Positions 19,501 through 28,218 of a stretch of DNA of 64,000 bases are shown here, piece by piece. The position numbers and the translations under genes are program-made. The notes beneath the pieces are model-generated. The model ran no database searches and was not told the origin of the DNA. It saw nothing but the letters and a program-made list of their open reading frames with translations. The DNA is from Chitinophaga pinensis (GTDB lineage: Bacteria > Bacteroidota > Bacteroidia > Chitinophagales > Chitinophagaceae): contig CAMDNL010000001.1 of the NCBI GenBank assembly GCA_945902975.1, positions 247 through 64,246 of the forward strand, read 5' to 3'. Numbering within the stretch: position 1 is the first letter of the stretch; each line of letters opens with the position of its first letter.

Positions 19501-19577
19501 TGTGCTTGTGCATTGATTGCAAGCAAGCCAAGGAACAGTCCTAAAAAAGAGGACTTAACAATTTTTGAAAAATTCAT
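16554..19577 (-). CDS. susC: SusC/RagA TonB-dependent transporter
   Basis: N-terminal CarboxypepD-like domain, [51 protein letters not shown] and C-terminal F. Confidence 0.96.
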   Translation of the reverse strand: [1007 protein letters not shown]

Positions 19578-19814
19578 AATTGGCAGTTTATTGGTTTAAT
19601 AAGCAGATACAAAATACACATTTTTGATATGAAACAAATCTTTTGTTAAATAATTTTTAACTTTTGGGCCTGGCCTTTCACAAATGTTCGTTTTTTCTGC
19701 CATTCTGAACCCAAAAAATCGCATATAACTCAATAATAGCTTGATTTGTTGACAATATCGCTATCAAATCATGGTCTCTAGAAATGGTTCTATATTAAAA
19801 AAATAGTTGATTTA

Positions 19815-19828
19815 CGCAAACGATTGCG
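19815..19828. promoter_or_regulatory. LacI-family operator CGCAAACGATTGCG
   Basis: Near-palindrome with a central CG, typical of LacI/GalR operators. Flanked by TTTA and GTAAA, in the susC/lacI divergent region. Confidence 0.7.
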
Positions 19829-19880
19829 GTAAATTTTGTGTTAATTTTCCTTAAATTGAACTTTGTAAAGATTACTTGCT

Positions 19881-20873
19881 ATGACGAACACCACCCTCAA
19901 ATTATTGGCGCAACAATTACAGCTCAGTATATCCACGGTATCTAGGGCATTGAAAGACCATCCAGATATTTCAACAGCCACAAAAGAGAAGGTCCATGCA
20001 CTAGCAAATAGCCTTGACTACGAGCCAAATGCTTACGCGATTCAATTAAGAACGCAGAGTAGTAAAATTTTTGGCGTGATCGTTCCTGCAATTGCCAATT
20101 TATTTTATGACAGTTTCATAGCAGCGATAGAAGAGGAAAGTAGAAAAAATGGGTATGCGTTGATGATCTTACAATCAAGTAACAACACAGATAATGAACT
20201 AAATAACTTAAAGATTTTTAGACAGAACCGTGTTTCTGGTGTTTTTGCATGTTTATCTGCACATACACATAATTTGGAAGTGTATGAGAAAATGAGTGAC
20301 AGAGCTATTCCAGTTGTCTTTTTTGATATTGTTCCAAAAGACAATAAATATACTAAAGTAAGGATGGCGGACGAAAGATGTGCCATCATTGCTGCAGAAA
20401 ATATTATTCAAAGAGGTGCAAAACGTGTACTAGCATTATTTGGTGATCCTGGTTTATCCATTAGTCAAAAAAGAAAGCAAGCCTTTCAACAATTCATGGA
20501 AAAGTATGCGCCTAAAACGCATTGTACTTATGAAAATACCTATAGCTCATTAGAAGCTGAAGCTGCATTTAAAAAACATCTAAGCAAAACACAAAAATTT
20601 GATACTGTATTTGCGATGACTGACGAAATTTTAATAGGCGTGATGAAAGCAATTCAGGCCCTGAACATTAAGGTTCCAAAAGAGATTGGCGTCATAAGTA
20701 TTAGTAATGGTTTTATTCCAAGTCTATACCATCCCAATATTAGTTATGTAGAAACAAGTGGTTACGAATTAGGTAAATTGGCATTCGTACAAATGCTCGC
20801 AAATTTAAAAGGTGGAAAAACATTATCTGAACTAACAGTGGATGCAAGATTTATAGAAGGCGGTTCGATGTAA
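19881..20873 (+). CDS. LacI-family transcriptional regulator
   Basis: HTH TLKLLAQQLQLSISTVSRAL...YEPN followed by a periplasmic-binding-protein-like domain. Confidence 0.95.
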   Translation: MTNTTLKLLAQQLQLSISTVSRALKDHPDISTATKEKVHALANSLDYEPNAYAIQLRTQSSKIFGVIVPAIANLFYDSFIAAIEEESRKNGYALMILQSSNNTDNELNNLKIFRQNRVSGVFACLSAHTHNLEVYEKMSDRAIPVVFFDIVPKDNKYTKVRMADERCAIIAAENIIQRGAKRVLALFGDPGLSISQKRKQAFQQFMEKYAPKTHCTYENTYSSLEAEAAFKKHLSKTQKFDTVFAMTDEILIGVMKAIQALNIKVPKEIGVISISNGFIPSLYHPNISYVETSGYELGKLAFVQMLANLKGGKTLSELTVDARFIEGGSM

Positions 20874-20898
20874 ACCATTGATTGATTGTAATTGGTCT

Positions 20899-22281
20899 TT
20901 ATTTACCAATACAGAATTTAGAAAAAATAAAATCCAATTGATCTTCATTAGTGATCTCCCCCGTAATGGTACCAAGATAATGCAGTGCTTGACGTATATC
21001 CAAAGCCAATAAATCGCCTGTTACATTTTGTATCAAGCCTGTTTCAATATCATTCAACGAAAGCATTAATTTTTTTAGAGAAGCCACATGCCTTGCATTG
21101 GTAACAATAGTGCCTTCTTTATTCAATGCATCACCAACCACTTTTTGATTCAATGCATTTTCTATAGCAATAATATTTTGTTTGTTTTTAGCAGAGATAA
21201 AAAGTACTTCTTTAAATGCAGGATCAGCTTGAATAGCTTGATCTGTTGCAAGGTCAATTTTATTGCCTACTAAAATTAATTTATCTTTTGTAACACCAAT
21301 CTCGGATTGCCATGCTTGAATGTCTGATATGGTATGTGAACTTGCATCAAATAAAGCAATGATAATATCTGCTTCTTGCATTTTTTCCCTACTTTTTTCG
21401 ATACCCATTTGTTCAATGGTATCATCGGTTTGCATTCTGATACCTGCTGTATCAATTAATTTATATAAAACCCCTTGTATATTTAAATATTCTTCGACGG
21501 TATCTCGAGTGGTCCCAGGAATAGCACTGACCAAAGCCCGGTTTTCATTTAACATCGCATTTAAAAGTGTAGATTTCCCTGCATTAGGTTTGCCAACAAT
21601 CGCCACTTGTACCCCATTTTTAATCACATTACCTAACTTAAATGAGTCATACAATGCTTGTGTTTTGAATTGCAATTGTTGGACTAAAATTTCGAGTTCT
21701 TTTTTATTAGCAAATGCCACATCCTCTTGTGAAAAATCTAATTCTAATTCAATTAATGCCGAAAACTTAATTAATTTTTCACGCATTAATTGCAAGTCAT
21801 TAGAGAAGCCGCCTTTCAAATTATGTAATGCAGTTTTTCTTGCGGCCTCTGTATTGCTGGCAATTAAATCGGCCACCGCTTCGGCTTGCGTTAAATCTAA
21901 TTTTGCATTTAAGAAGGCACGTTGTGTAAACTCGCCAGGCTTAGCCATCCTTGCGCCTTTTTCAATCATCAATTGTAAGATGGAGTCCTGGATAAATGGC
22001 GAACCATGACATGAAATTTCTACTACCTCTTCGCCTGTGTAGGATTTAGGTGCTCTGTAAATACTTGCTACTACTTCATCTAATACCAAGCCCTTGTCCA
22101 TCAATTTTCCAAAATGAACCGTATGGGATGCTTGCTTGGTTAAATCTTTTTTCTCAAATACTGCATTGACAATTTGAATTGCTTCTGGACCACTCAGTCT
22201 TATCACCGCTATGGCGCCTAATCCAGGTGCTGTAGCGAGTGCTACGATGGTGTCATTCCAGTTACTTAATGTGCTTTGCAT
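20899..22281 (-). CDS. mnmE: tRNA modification GTPase MnmE
   Basis: DTIVALAT, GEFTQRAFLN, GKPNAGKS, GTTRD, DTAG and C-terminal FCIGK. Start reassigned to ATG 22281. Confidence 0.97.
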   Translation of the reverse strand: MQSTLSNWNDTIVALATAPGLGAIAVIRLSGPEAIQIVNAVFEKKDLTKQASHTVHFGKLMDKGLVLDEVVASIYRAPKSYTGEEVVEISCHGSPFIQDSILQLMIEKGARMAKPGEFTQRAFLNAKLDLTQAEAVADLIASNTEAARKTALHNLKGGFSNDLQLMREKLIKFSALIELELDFSQEDVAFANKKELEILVQQLQFKTQALYDSFKLGNVIKNGVQVAIVGKPNAGKSTLLNAMLNENRALVSAIPGTTRDTVEEYLNIQGVLYKLIDTAGIRMQTDDTIEQMGIEKSREKMQEADIIIALFDASSHTISDIQAWQSEIGVTKDKLILVGNKIDLATDQAIQADPAFKEVLFISAKNKQNIIAIENALNQKVVGDALNKEGTIVTNARHVASLKKLMLSLNDIETGLIQNVTGDLLALDIRQALHYLGTITGEITNEDQLDFIFSKFCIGK

Positions 22282-22286
22282 GGATG

Positions 22287-22294
22287 CAAAATTA
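22287..22294 (-). promoter_or_regulatory. -7 promoter element TAATTTTG for mnmE
   Basis: TAnnTTTG 5 nt before the ATG and immediately after the tonB terminator. Confidence 0.65.
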
Positions 22295-22297
22295 CAC

Positions 22298-22326
22298 AAA
22301 AAAGGCTCCCAATTGGGAGCCTTTTT
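22298..22326. terminator. Terminator after tonB
   Basis: AAAAAAGGCTCCC-AATT-GGGAGCCTTTTT. Confidence 0.85.
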
Positions 22327-22346
22327 ATATTGAATCAGATTGAATC

Positions 22347-23168
22347 TTAGTCTTCAGAAACCATGAAAACAATCGCTTGTCTTTGTCTGTAAATTACATT
22401 ACGTCCATTTTGAACAGCTGGTTTCCATTTTGGTCCTCTTTGAATTACACGTACTGCTTCTTCTTTTGTACCATAACCAGGATCATTCTCTGCTTTTACC
22501 TCAGAGATAGTACCATCTTTAGATACGATGAAAGAAACCACTACAGAGTATTTTCCAGTAGGTGCGCCATTTTCAACTGGTAAGTCTCTATTCAAGGTAC
22601 GCTCTAGGTATCTTACCCATCCGCCTTGTCCACCAGGGAACTCAGCTTGGATTTGAACCGAAGTGAATAACTTGTCATAGTCTTCGTCTTTTGGAGCTTC
22701 TACAGCACCAGTACTTTGTTCTACAGGAGCTACCAATCCATCGTCTTTGATACCTTCTTGGTTAAATGTACTGATCTTAGTTTCCTCCAATTTCTCAACT
22801 TCCTTGATTTCATCTTCTTCTTTCACTTCCTCGTCTTTTACAATTTTCGGAGGTGTGAATTTGGTCACTTCAACCTTAGGTGGTTCTTGTTTTGGCGGCG
22901 GTGGTGGTGGTGGTTCAGGCTTTTTTTCATCTTGATCTACATTCTCTAAAGATAAATCTACCGCAATCACTTCTACTTTATCACTCTTGATTGAGTTTGA
23001 TAAAATTGCACCAAGACCTACAGCTAAAGTGATACTTATCATGCCAATAAGACCATTTCTTAAGCGATTATTGTACGTTTTACGTAAATCATAAGCACCA
23101 TAGGCTTTATTCTTGCCTTCGAAAAGGATATCAAGAACATCTGCGGTTAATATTTTATTTATGTCCAT
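22347..23168 (-). CDS. tonB: Energy transducer TonB
   Basis: FEGKNKAYGAYDLR, TM helix, poly-Pro linker and C-terminal TonB domain (FPGG, KWKPAVQNG). Confidence 0.93.
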   Translation of the reverse strand: MDINKILTADVLDILFEGKNKAYGAYDLRKTYNNRLRNGLIGMISITLAVGLGAILSNSIKSDKVEVIAVDLSLENVDQDEKKPEPPPPPPPKQEPPKVEVTKFTPPKIVKDEEVKEEDEIKEVEKLEETKISTFNQEGIKDDGLVAPVEQSTGAVEAPKDEDYDKLFTSVQIQAEFPGGQGGWVRYLERTLNRDLPVENGAPTGKYSVVVSFIVSKDGTISEVKAENDPGYGTKEEAVRVIQRGPKWKPAVQNGRNVIYRQRQAIVFMVSED

Positions 23169-23179
23169 GTTTAATGCTT

Positions 23180-23764
23180 TTAATTACTTGCCGAAGTTTG
23201 TGAACTTGCATCAGAAATTTTAACCAACTGAGCTTCCCCGTCAGAAATATCTACTAATGCATATTTTTTTACAACGTTAATCGCCATTTCATCCAAGATG
23301 TCAATTACATTTTTGTAATTGCACTCAACACCAGGTTTGATCACGACTACGAAATCCTTGTAAGGATTCTCGGTATCTCTTGATCTACTTCTAACGTCAG
23401 CTTTCTTTTTCAAGATCACATCACGGATAGAGTTCTCGCCGTTATAAGAGGCTGAAAGAAAATTAGAACCATCTGATTTTAATTGTCCTTCATAATAATA
23501 GATATGATTATCAGCCCCCATTAAGATGGTAAGTACACCAGATTCTTTGGCCTTGTTAGGCTCGTCTGTTACCTTATCATCAGGCAAAAACAACTTTAAC
23601 GCAGTTGGTTGGCTCATGGTTGTGGTAAAGATGAAAAAGGTGATCAATAAGAAACCTAAGTCCACCATTGGTGTTAAATCAACGCGAGTTGATAACTTTT
23701 TTCCTTTTTTGACCCCTGGTCCTTTTTTATGGCCACCACCACCCGAGGTATCTAATTCTGCCAT
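23180..23764 (-). CDS. exbD: Biopolymer transporter ExbD
   Basis: RVDLTPMVDLGFLLITFFIFTT and YKNVIDILDEM. Confidence 0.93.
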   Translation of the reverse strand: MAELDTSGGGGHKKGPGVKKGKKLSTRVDLTPMVDLGFLLITFFIFTTTMSQPTALKLFLPDDKVTDEPNKAKESGVLTILMGADNHIYYYEGQLKSDGSNFLSASYNGENSIRDVILKKKADVRSRSRDTENPYKDFVVVIKPGVECNYKNVIDILDEMAINVVKKYALVDISDGEAQLVKISDASSQTSASN

Positions 23765-23792
23765 TGTATGCGCTTTTAATTAGTTATTAAAA

Positions 23793-24440
23793 TTAATCTT
23801 CCTGTTTTTCACCCTTCATAGAACTCTTCCATAGTTCAGAGCCTTCTGGTGCGTTTTCAGGATTGGTAACCATTTGAAACTTCAACAATTCATTTTTCTT
23901 GAAGGCTGCAATCACGTTTTTGAAAGCTGGATACTTAGCAACATTGTCCCCTTTTAATAAAAGGTCCATCTTCTCACCTGCATATGCTGCTTTCACCACT
24001 TGCATCCAATAAGTCAATTCATTGTTTGTGCTATCCTTACATGGTATACCAGGTAATTGATCGCCTTTTCTGTTTTCTTCAGGAAGCGCTAAAAAAGAAT
24101 TCAATCCATTTAATGGAGCGCCAATGAAACCTGCTTTTTTGAAGGCAGCTACATTGATGCCTAAATTACGCTCACTGTTTATAGTATTCGCAACTAGTTC
24201 TTTCTTTTGTTCGTCATCCATGGTCAGGAAAACCTTACCATCCTTATCAATTGTAACCAAAACAAAGTCCTGACTTGGTGCAACTTTTGAAGCCACCGAA
24301 CTTGGCGTCTCCACAGCGATTGCTTCTGCAGGCTTAAACTTTGTTGTCAAGATGAAGAAAGACAATAAAAGGAAGGCAATATCACACATGGCTGTCATGT
24401 CGATGTTAGTGCTTTTACGAGGTAATTTTGCTCTACCCAT
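23793..24440 (-). CDS. exbD: Biopolymer transporter ExbD
   Basis: IDMTAMCDIAFLLLSFFILT and KGD..AKYP. Confidence 0.92.
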   Translation of the reverse strand: MGRAKLPRKSTNIDMTAMCDIAFLLLSFFILTTKFKPAEAIAVETPSSVASKVAPSQDFVLVTIDKDGKVFLTMDDEQKKELVANTINSERNLGINVAAFKKAGFIGAPLNGLNSFLALPEENRKGDQLPGIPCKDSTNNELTYWMQVVKAAYAGEKMDLLLKGDNVAKYPAFKNVIAAFKKNELLKFQMVTNPENAPEGSELWKSSMKGEKQED

Positions 24441-24485
24441 TGTATAGTCTTTTGATATTTATAAGGCCAGGCCTTAATGAATTTA

Positions 24486-25340
24486 TTATTTATAGTTTGC
24501 AGCGAAACTTTGAGTCAAAGTAAATCCAGACTCATCGATACCATAAGTGATACCATCAATATTTGTAGTAAAGATGTTATACATAATGATTGCAACAGCA
24601 GAAGTTCCAATACCTAATGCAGTATTGTACAATGCCTCAGAGATACCTTGAGACAATTCACGTGCAGCTTCACCACCACCTTCTTCACCTAATTTAGAGA
24701 AAGAACGAATCATACCTAATACCGTACCGAACAAACCTAATAAGGTTGCAACCGATGCGATCGTTGATAAGAAAACTAAGTTCTTTTCTAACATTGGTAA
24801 TTCCAATGCAGTAGCTTCTTCGATTTCTTTTTGAATGTTCAATACTTTTTGATCAGTATCTAATTCTGTATTGGTAATCATCTCCTTGTACTTAGTCAAG
24901 CCAGATTTCATTACATTGCCTACAGAACCTTTTTGCTTATCACATGCAGCCAAAGCCTTATCCACTTCCTTGTTCGCTAAATGGAATTGAACTTGACGAA
25001 TGAATTCAGCAATATTTCCATTCCCGTTTGCTTTTTTAATTGTTAGCATTCTTTCAATTGAGAAAGTCAATACAACTAAAAAGTTTGCAATTAAGATAGG
25101 AACTACAATACCACCCTCGTACATTTTTGTAAATGTACCCATTGGTCCTTTGTGCGCTGGCCAGAAACCACCACTTGGATCCGGGTTAGTGAAATTACTT
25201 GCGTTACCTAATACAAAACGCCAGAGTACATAGCCTGCAACGACACAAGCGATTGGTGCTAAGGTTGCAAGTAAATTGCCTCCTTTTTTTGGCGTAGCTG
25301 CGTTCTTTGAAGCAACTGTTGGTTTGGATAAATCAGCCAT
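24486..25340 (-). CDS. exbB: MotA/TolQ/ExbB proton channel
   Basis: TLLGLFGTVLGMI and GISEALYNTALG. Confidence 0.93.
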   Translation of the reverse strand: MADLSKPTVASKNAATPKKGGNLLATLAPIACVVAGYVLWRFVLGNASNFTNPDPSGGFWPAHKGPMGTFTKMYEGGIVVPILIANFLVVLTFSIERMLTIKKANGNGNIAEFIRQVQFHLANKEVDKALAACDKQKGSVGNVMKSGLTKYKEMITNTELDTDQKVLNIQKEIEEATALELPMLEKNLVFLSTIASVATLLGLFGTVLGMIRSFSKLGEEGGGEAARELSQGISEALYNTALGIGTSAVAIIMYNIFTTNIDGITYGIDESGFTLTQSFAANYK

Positions 25341-25577
25341 GATTCAATTGATTTTGGTTTTAAATTAAATTTATAAAAAAGTGATTTAATCTTAGAAACT
25401 AAAGCTGATTTTTTGAAAAATCTTAACACTTCGGTTTCTAAGGGCTTACAAAATAAGTAATTTATTGATTGAAACAATTTTAAGGACATTTTTTTTAAGT
25501 AAATAAATGATTAACAAAAAAATTAGCCCGAAATGAATATATTTAGGGGACGTTTTTGAAAAACAATAATATATAAT

Positions 25578-28094
25578 ATGAAAAAAAACCTAGCGATCAT
25601 TAGTCTTTGTGTCTTGATGACGGGCCTTGTAAATGCCCAAAGACCTTTATCTCCACCAGTGGCAGACACCAGTGCTGCAGCAGGCGCAAAAAAAGAGCTC
25701 CCTGCAAAACCAGGCCCAAAATCCTTTAAAGAATTCATCACCAAGAAGGCTGTAACCCAAAAAGGGGTCTTTACAGTGCATCTACAAGACGATAAGTTCT
25801 ACTTTGATATCCAAGACAGCCTTTTGGGTAGAGAGTTGATTGCGGTAACGCGTTATGCTAAAGTGGCTGGCGGTGCCAGAAAATATGGTGGTGAGCAAGT
25901 GAATGAGCAAACAATCCAATTCGAAAAAGGGCCTAATAACCGTATTTTCATGCGTGTGGTATCCCTTATAAGTAGGGCGGATTCTACTCAAACCATTGCA
26001 AAAGCAGTTAAAAACTCTTATTTAGACCCTATTGTAGCAGCTTTTGACGTAAAAGCTTACGGTAAAGACTCTACTAGTTCTATTATTGATGTATCTGACT
26101 TCTTTAAAGGAGACAATCAAGCCGTGAGTTTGAGCAGTTTTGAAAAGAGAAACTTTAACCTATCAGGACTTGCTGCTGATCGCTCTTATATCGAAACCAT
26201 TAAGTCTTACCCAATTAATATTGAGGTGAAGACTGTAAAAACCTATAATGCAAGTGCTCCAATGCCTGGAAGTCCTGCAGGTGGTAGTGTTATTCCAGCA
26301 GCTGCAAACGCTGGCGCTGTTACCTTTGAGCTAAATACATCTATCTTATTGTTGCCTAAAACACCAATGGGAAGACGTTTATTTGACTCAAGAGTGGGTT
26401 ATTTCGCAGATAATTTTGTGGAATATTCTGATGACCAACAAAAAGTAAAAAATCAAGTTTTTGCGGTTCGTTATCGCTTAGAGCCAAAACCTCAAGACCT
26501 TGAAAAATATAAGAGAGGCGAGTTAGTAGAGCCAATCAAACCAATTATTTATTATGTGGATCCTGCAACCCCTAAAAAATGGGTGCCTTATTTGATCGCT
26601 GGTGTAAATGACTGGAATGCAGCATTTGAAAAAGCAGGATGGAAAAATGCTATTCAAGGTAAAGAGTGGCCTAATGATAGCACGATGAGCTTGGAAGACG
26701 CACGCTTTTCTGTGATTCGTTATTTTGCTTCAGATATCGAAAATGCATATGGTCCTCAAGTGCATGACCCGCGTAGTGGTGAAATTTTAGAAAGCCATGT
26801 TGGTTGGTACCATAATGTAATGAGCTTAGTTCACGATTGGTATATGGTGCAAACTGCAGCAGTAGATCCTGCAGCAAGAAAAATGCATTTTGATGATGAA
26901 TTAATGGGGAACTTAATTCGTTTTGTATCCTCTCATGAAATTGGTCACACTATAGGATTAAGACATAATATGGGTAGTTCAAGTAAAACGCCTGTAGAAA
27001 AATTAAGAGATAAAACATGGGTAGAAGCAAATGGTCACACTGCCTCTATCATGGACTATGCACGCTTTAACTATGTGGCTCAGCCTGAAGATAAGATTGC
27101 ACAATCTGGATTGTTCCCAAGAATAGGTGACTATGATAAATGGGCAATTCAGTGGGGTTACACTTACACTGGTGAAAATGATGCACAAGAAGATCGCAAA
27201 ATCAATAACAAATGGATTATTGACAATTTAAGCAAGAACCCAAGAGTATGGTTTGGTGGTGAGGGCAGAAATGATGACCCAAGAGCTCAAACAGAAGACT
27301 TAGGTGATAATGCAATGTTGGCAAGTGAATATGGCATTAAGAATTTGAAAAGAATCATAGTGAACTTACCAGAGTGGACAAAGGAAGAAGGTGATCGTTT
27401 TGAAAACTTAAGTCAAATGTATGGTCAAGTAGTTGGTCAATTTAATAGATACATGGGCCATGTGTTAAGAAATGTGGGTGGTGTTCAAGAAACATTTAAA
27501 AGTGTAGAAGAAAAAGGCGATGTGTATACACCAACAACTGTTGCGTTACAAAAACAAGCAATGCAATTTTTCCATACCCAATTATTCACCACACCTAAGT
27601 GGTTATTGGATGGATCTATTTTAAATAAGTTTGCAAATCCAGTAAGTAATGAGCGTGTGCAAACTATTCAAACAAGTATTTTAAAATCACTGTTGGATAA
27701 AAATAGATTGTATCGTATCACCACAAGTCAAACAAGATTTGGTGCAAGTTCTTATGCATTGAATGAGATGATGGACGATTTAAGAAAAGGATTATTCAGT
27801 GATGTAAGTAAGGCAGATATCTATCGTAGAAATTTACAAAAAACATTTGTGAGTCAAATAGACGAAATGCTGAATCCAACGGCTTCAGCAGCAGCTGCTG
27901 CTGCTAGTGGGATTCGTTTCGGCGTACCAAGTGCAGATGTAGAAAATACAGATGTCGTATCTGAAGCAAAAGCACAATTGAAAAAATTGTCTGCTACATT
28001 GCAAGCTGCTAAAGCAACTGCTACAGAAGCAACTGCAGTAAATCATATCAATGACTTACAAGACAGAATCAAGCAAGCATTAGATCCTAAATAA
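25578..28094 (+). CDS. Secreted zinc-dependent metalloprotease (DUF5117/DUF4953, metzincin)
   Basis: Signal peptide, HEIGHTIGLRHN zinc motif, SIMDY Met-turn and DPRSGEIL. Confidence 0.9.
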   Translation: MKKNLAIISLCVLMTGLVNAQRPLSPPVADTSAAAGAKKELPAKPGPKSFKEFITKKAVTQKGVFTVHLQDDKFYFDIQDSLLGRELIAVTRYAKVAGGARKYGGEQVNEQTIQFEKGPNNRIFMRVVSLISRADSTQTIAKAVKNSYLDPIVAAFDVKAYGKDSTSSIIDVSDFFKGDNQAVSLSSFEKRNFNLSGLAADRSYIETIKSYPINIEVKTVKTYNASAPMPGSPAGGSVIPAAANAGAVTFELNTSILLLPKTPMGRRLFDSRVGYFADNFVEYSDDQQKVKNQVFAVRYRLEPKPQDLEKYKRGELVEPIKPIIYYVDPATPKKWVPYLIAGVNDWNAAFEKAGWKNAIQGKEWPNDSTMSLEDARFSVIRYFASDIENAYGPQVHDPRSGEILESHVGWYHNVMSLVHDWYMVQTAAVDPAARKMHFDDELMGNLIRFVSSHEIGHTIGLRHNMGSSSKTPVEKLRDKTWVEANGHTASIMDYARFNYVAQPEDKIAQSGLFPRIGDYDKWAIQWGYTYTGENDAQEDRKINNKWIIDNLSKNPRVWFGGEGRNDDPRAQTEDLGDNAMLASEYGIKNLKRIIVNLPEWTKEEGDRFENLSQMYGQVVGQFNRYMGHVLRNVGGVQETFKSVEEKGDVYTPTTVALQKQAMQFFHTQLFTTPKWLLDGSILNKFANPVSNERVQTIQTSILKSLLDKNRLYRITTSQTRFGASSYALNEMMDDLRKGLFSDVSKADIYRRNLQKTFVSQIDEMLNPTASAAAAAASGIRFGVPSADVENTDVVSEAKAQLKKLSATLQAAKATATEATAVNHINDLQDRIKQALDPK

Positions 28095-28143
28095 GAATTA
28101 TATAAATGAATTAGCTTGTCTAATTTATTTAGTGACTCTAATT

Positions 28144-28176
28144 AAAAACGCCTCCAAAATTTGGAGGCGTTTTTTT
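28144..28176. terminator. Bidirectional terminator between convergent genes
   Basis: AAAAACGCCTCCAAA-A-TTTGGAGGCGTTTTTTT. Confidence 0.85.
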
Positions 28177-28218
28177 ATGTTATAACTCAACTTCATTATG
28201 GAATAAAAAACATTACGC

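Noticed and set aside
21320-22009. 229-aa + strand ORF and the many other 60-150 aa ORFs antisense to or nested in real genes
   Set aside because: They are shadow frames of well-supported genes (mnmE, nuo, susC and others) with no recognisable motifs.
24462-24476. Short inverted repeat TAAGGC-CAG-GCCTTA between exbB and exbD
   Set aside because: It has a 6-bp stem and no U-tract, which is too weak to call a terminator or element.
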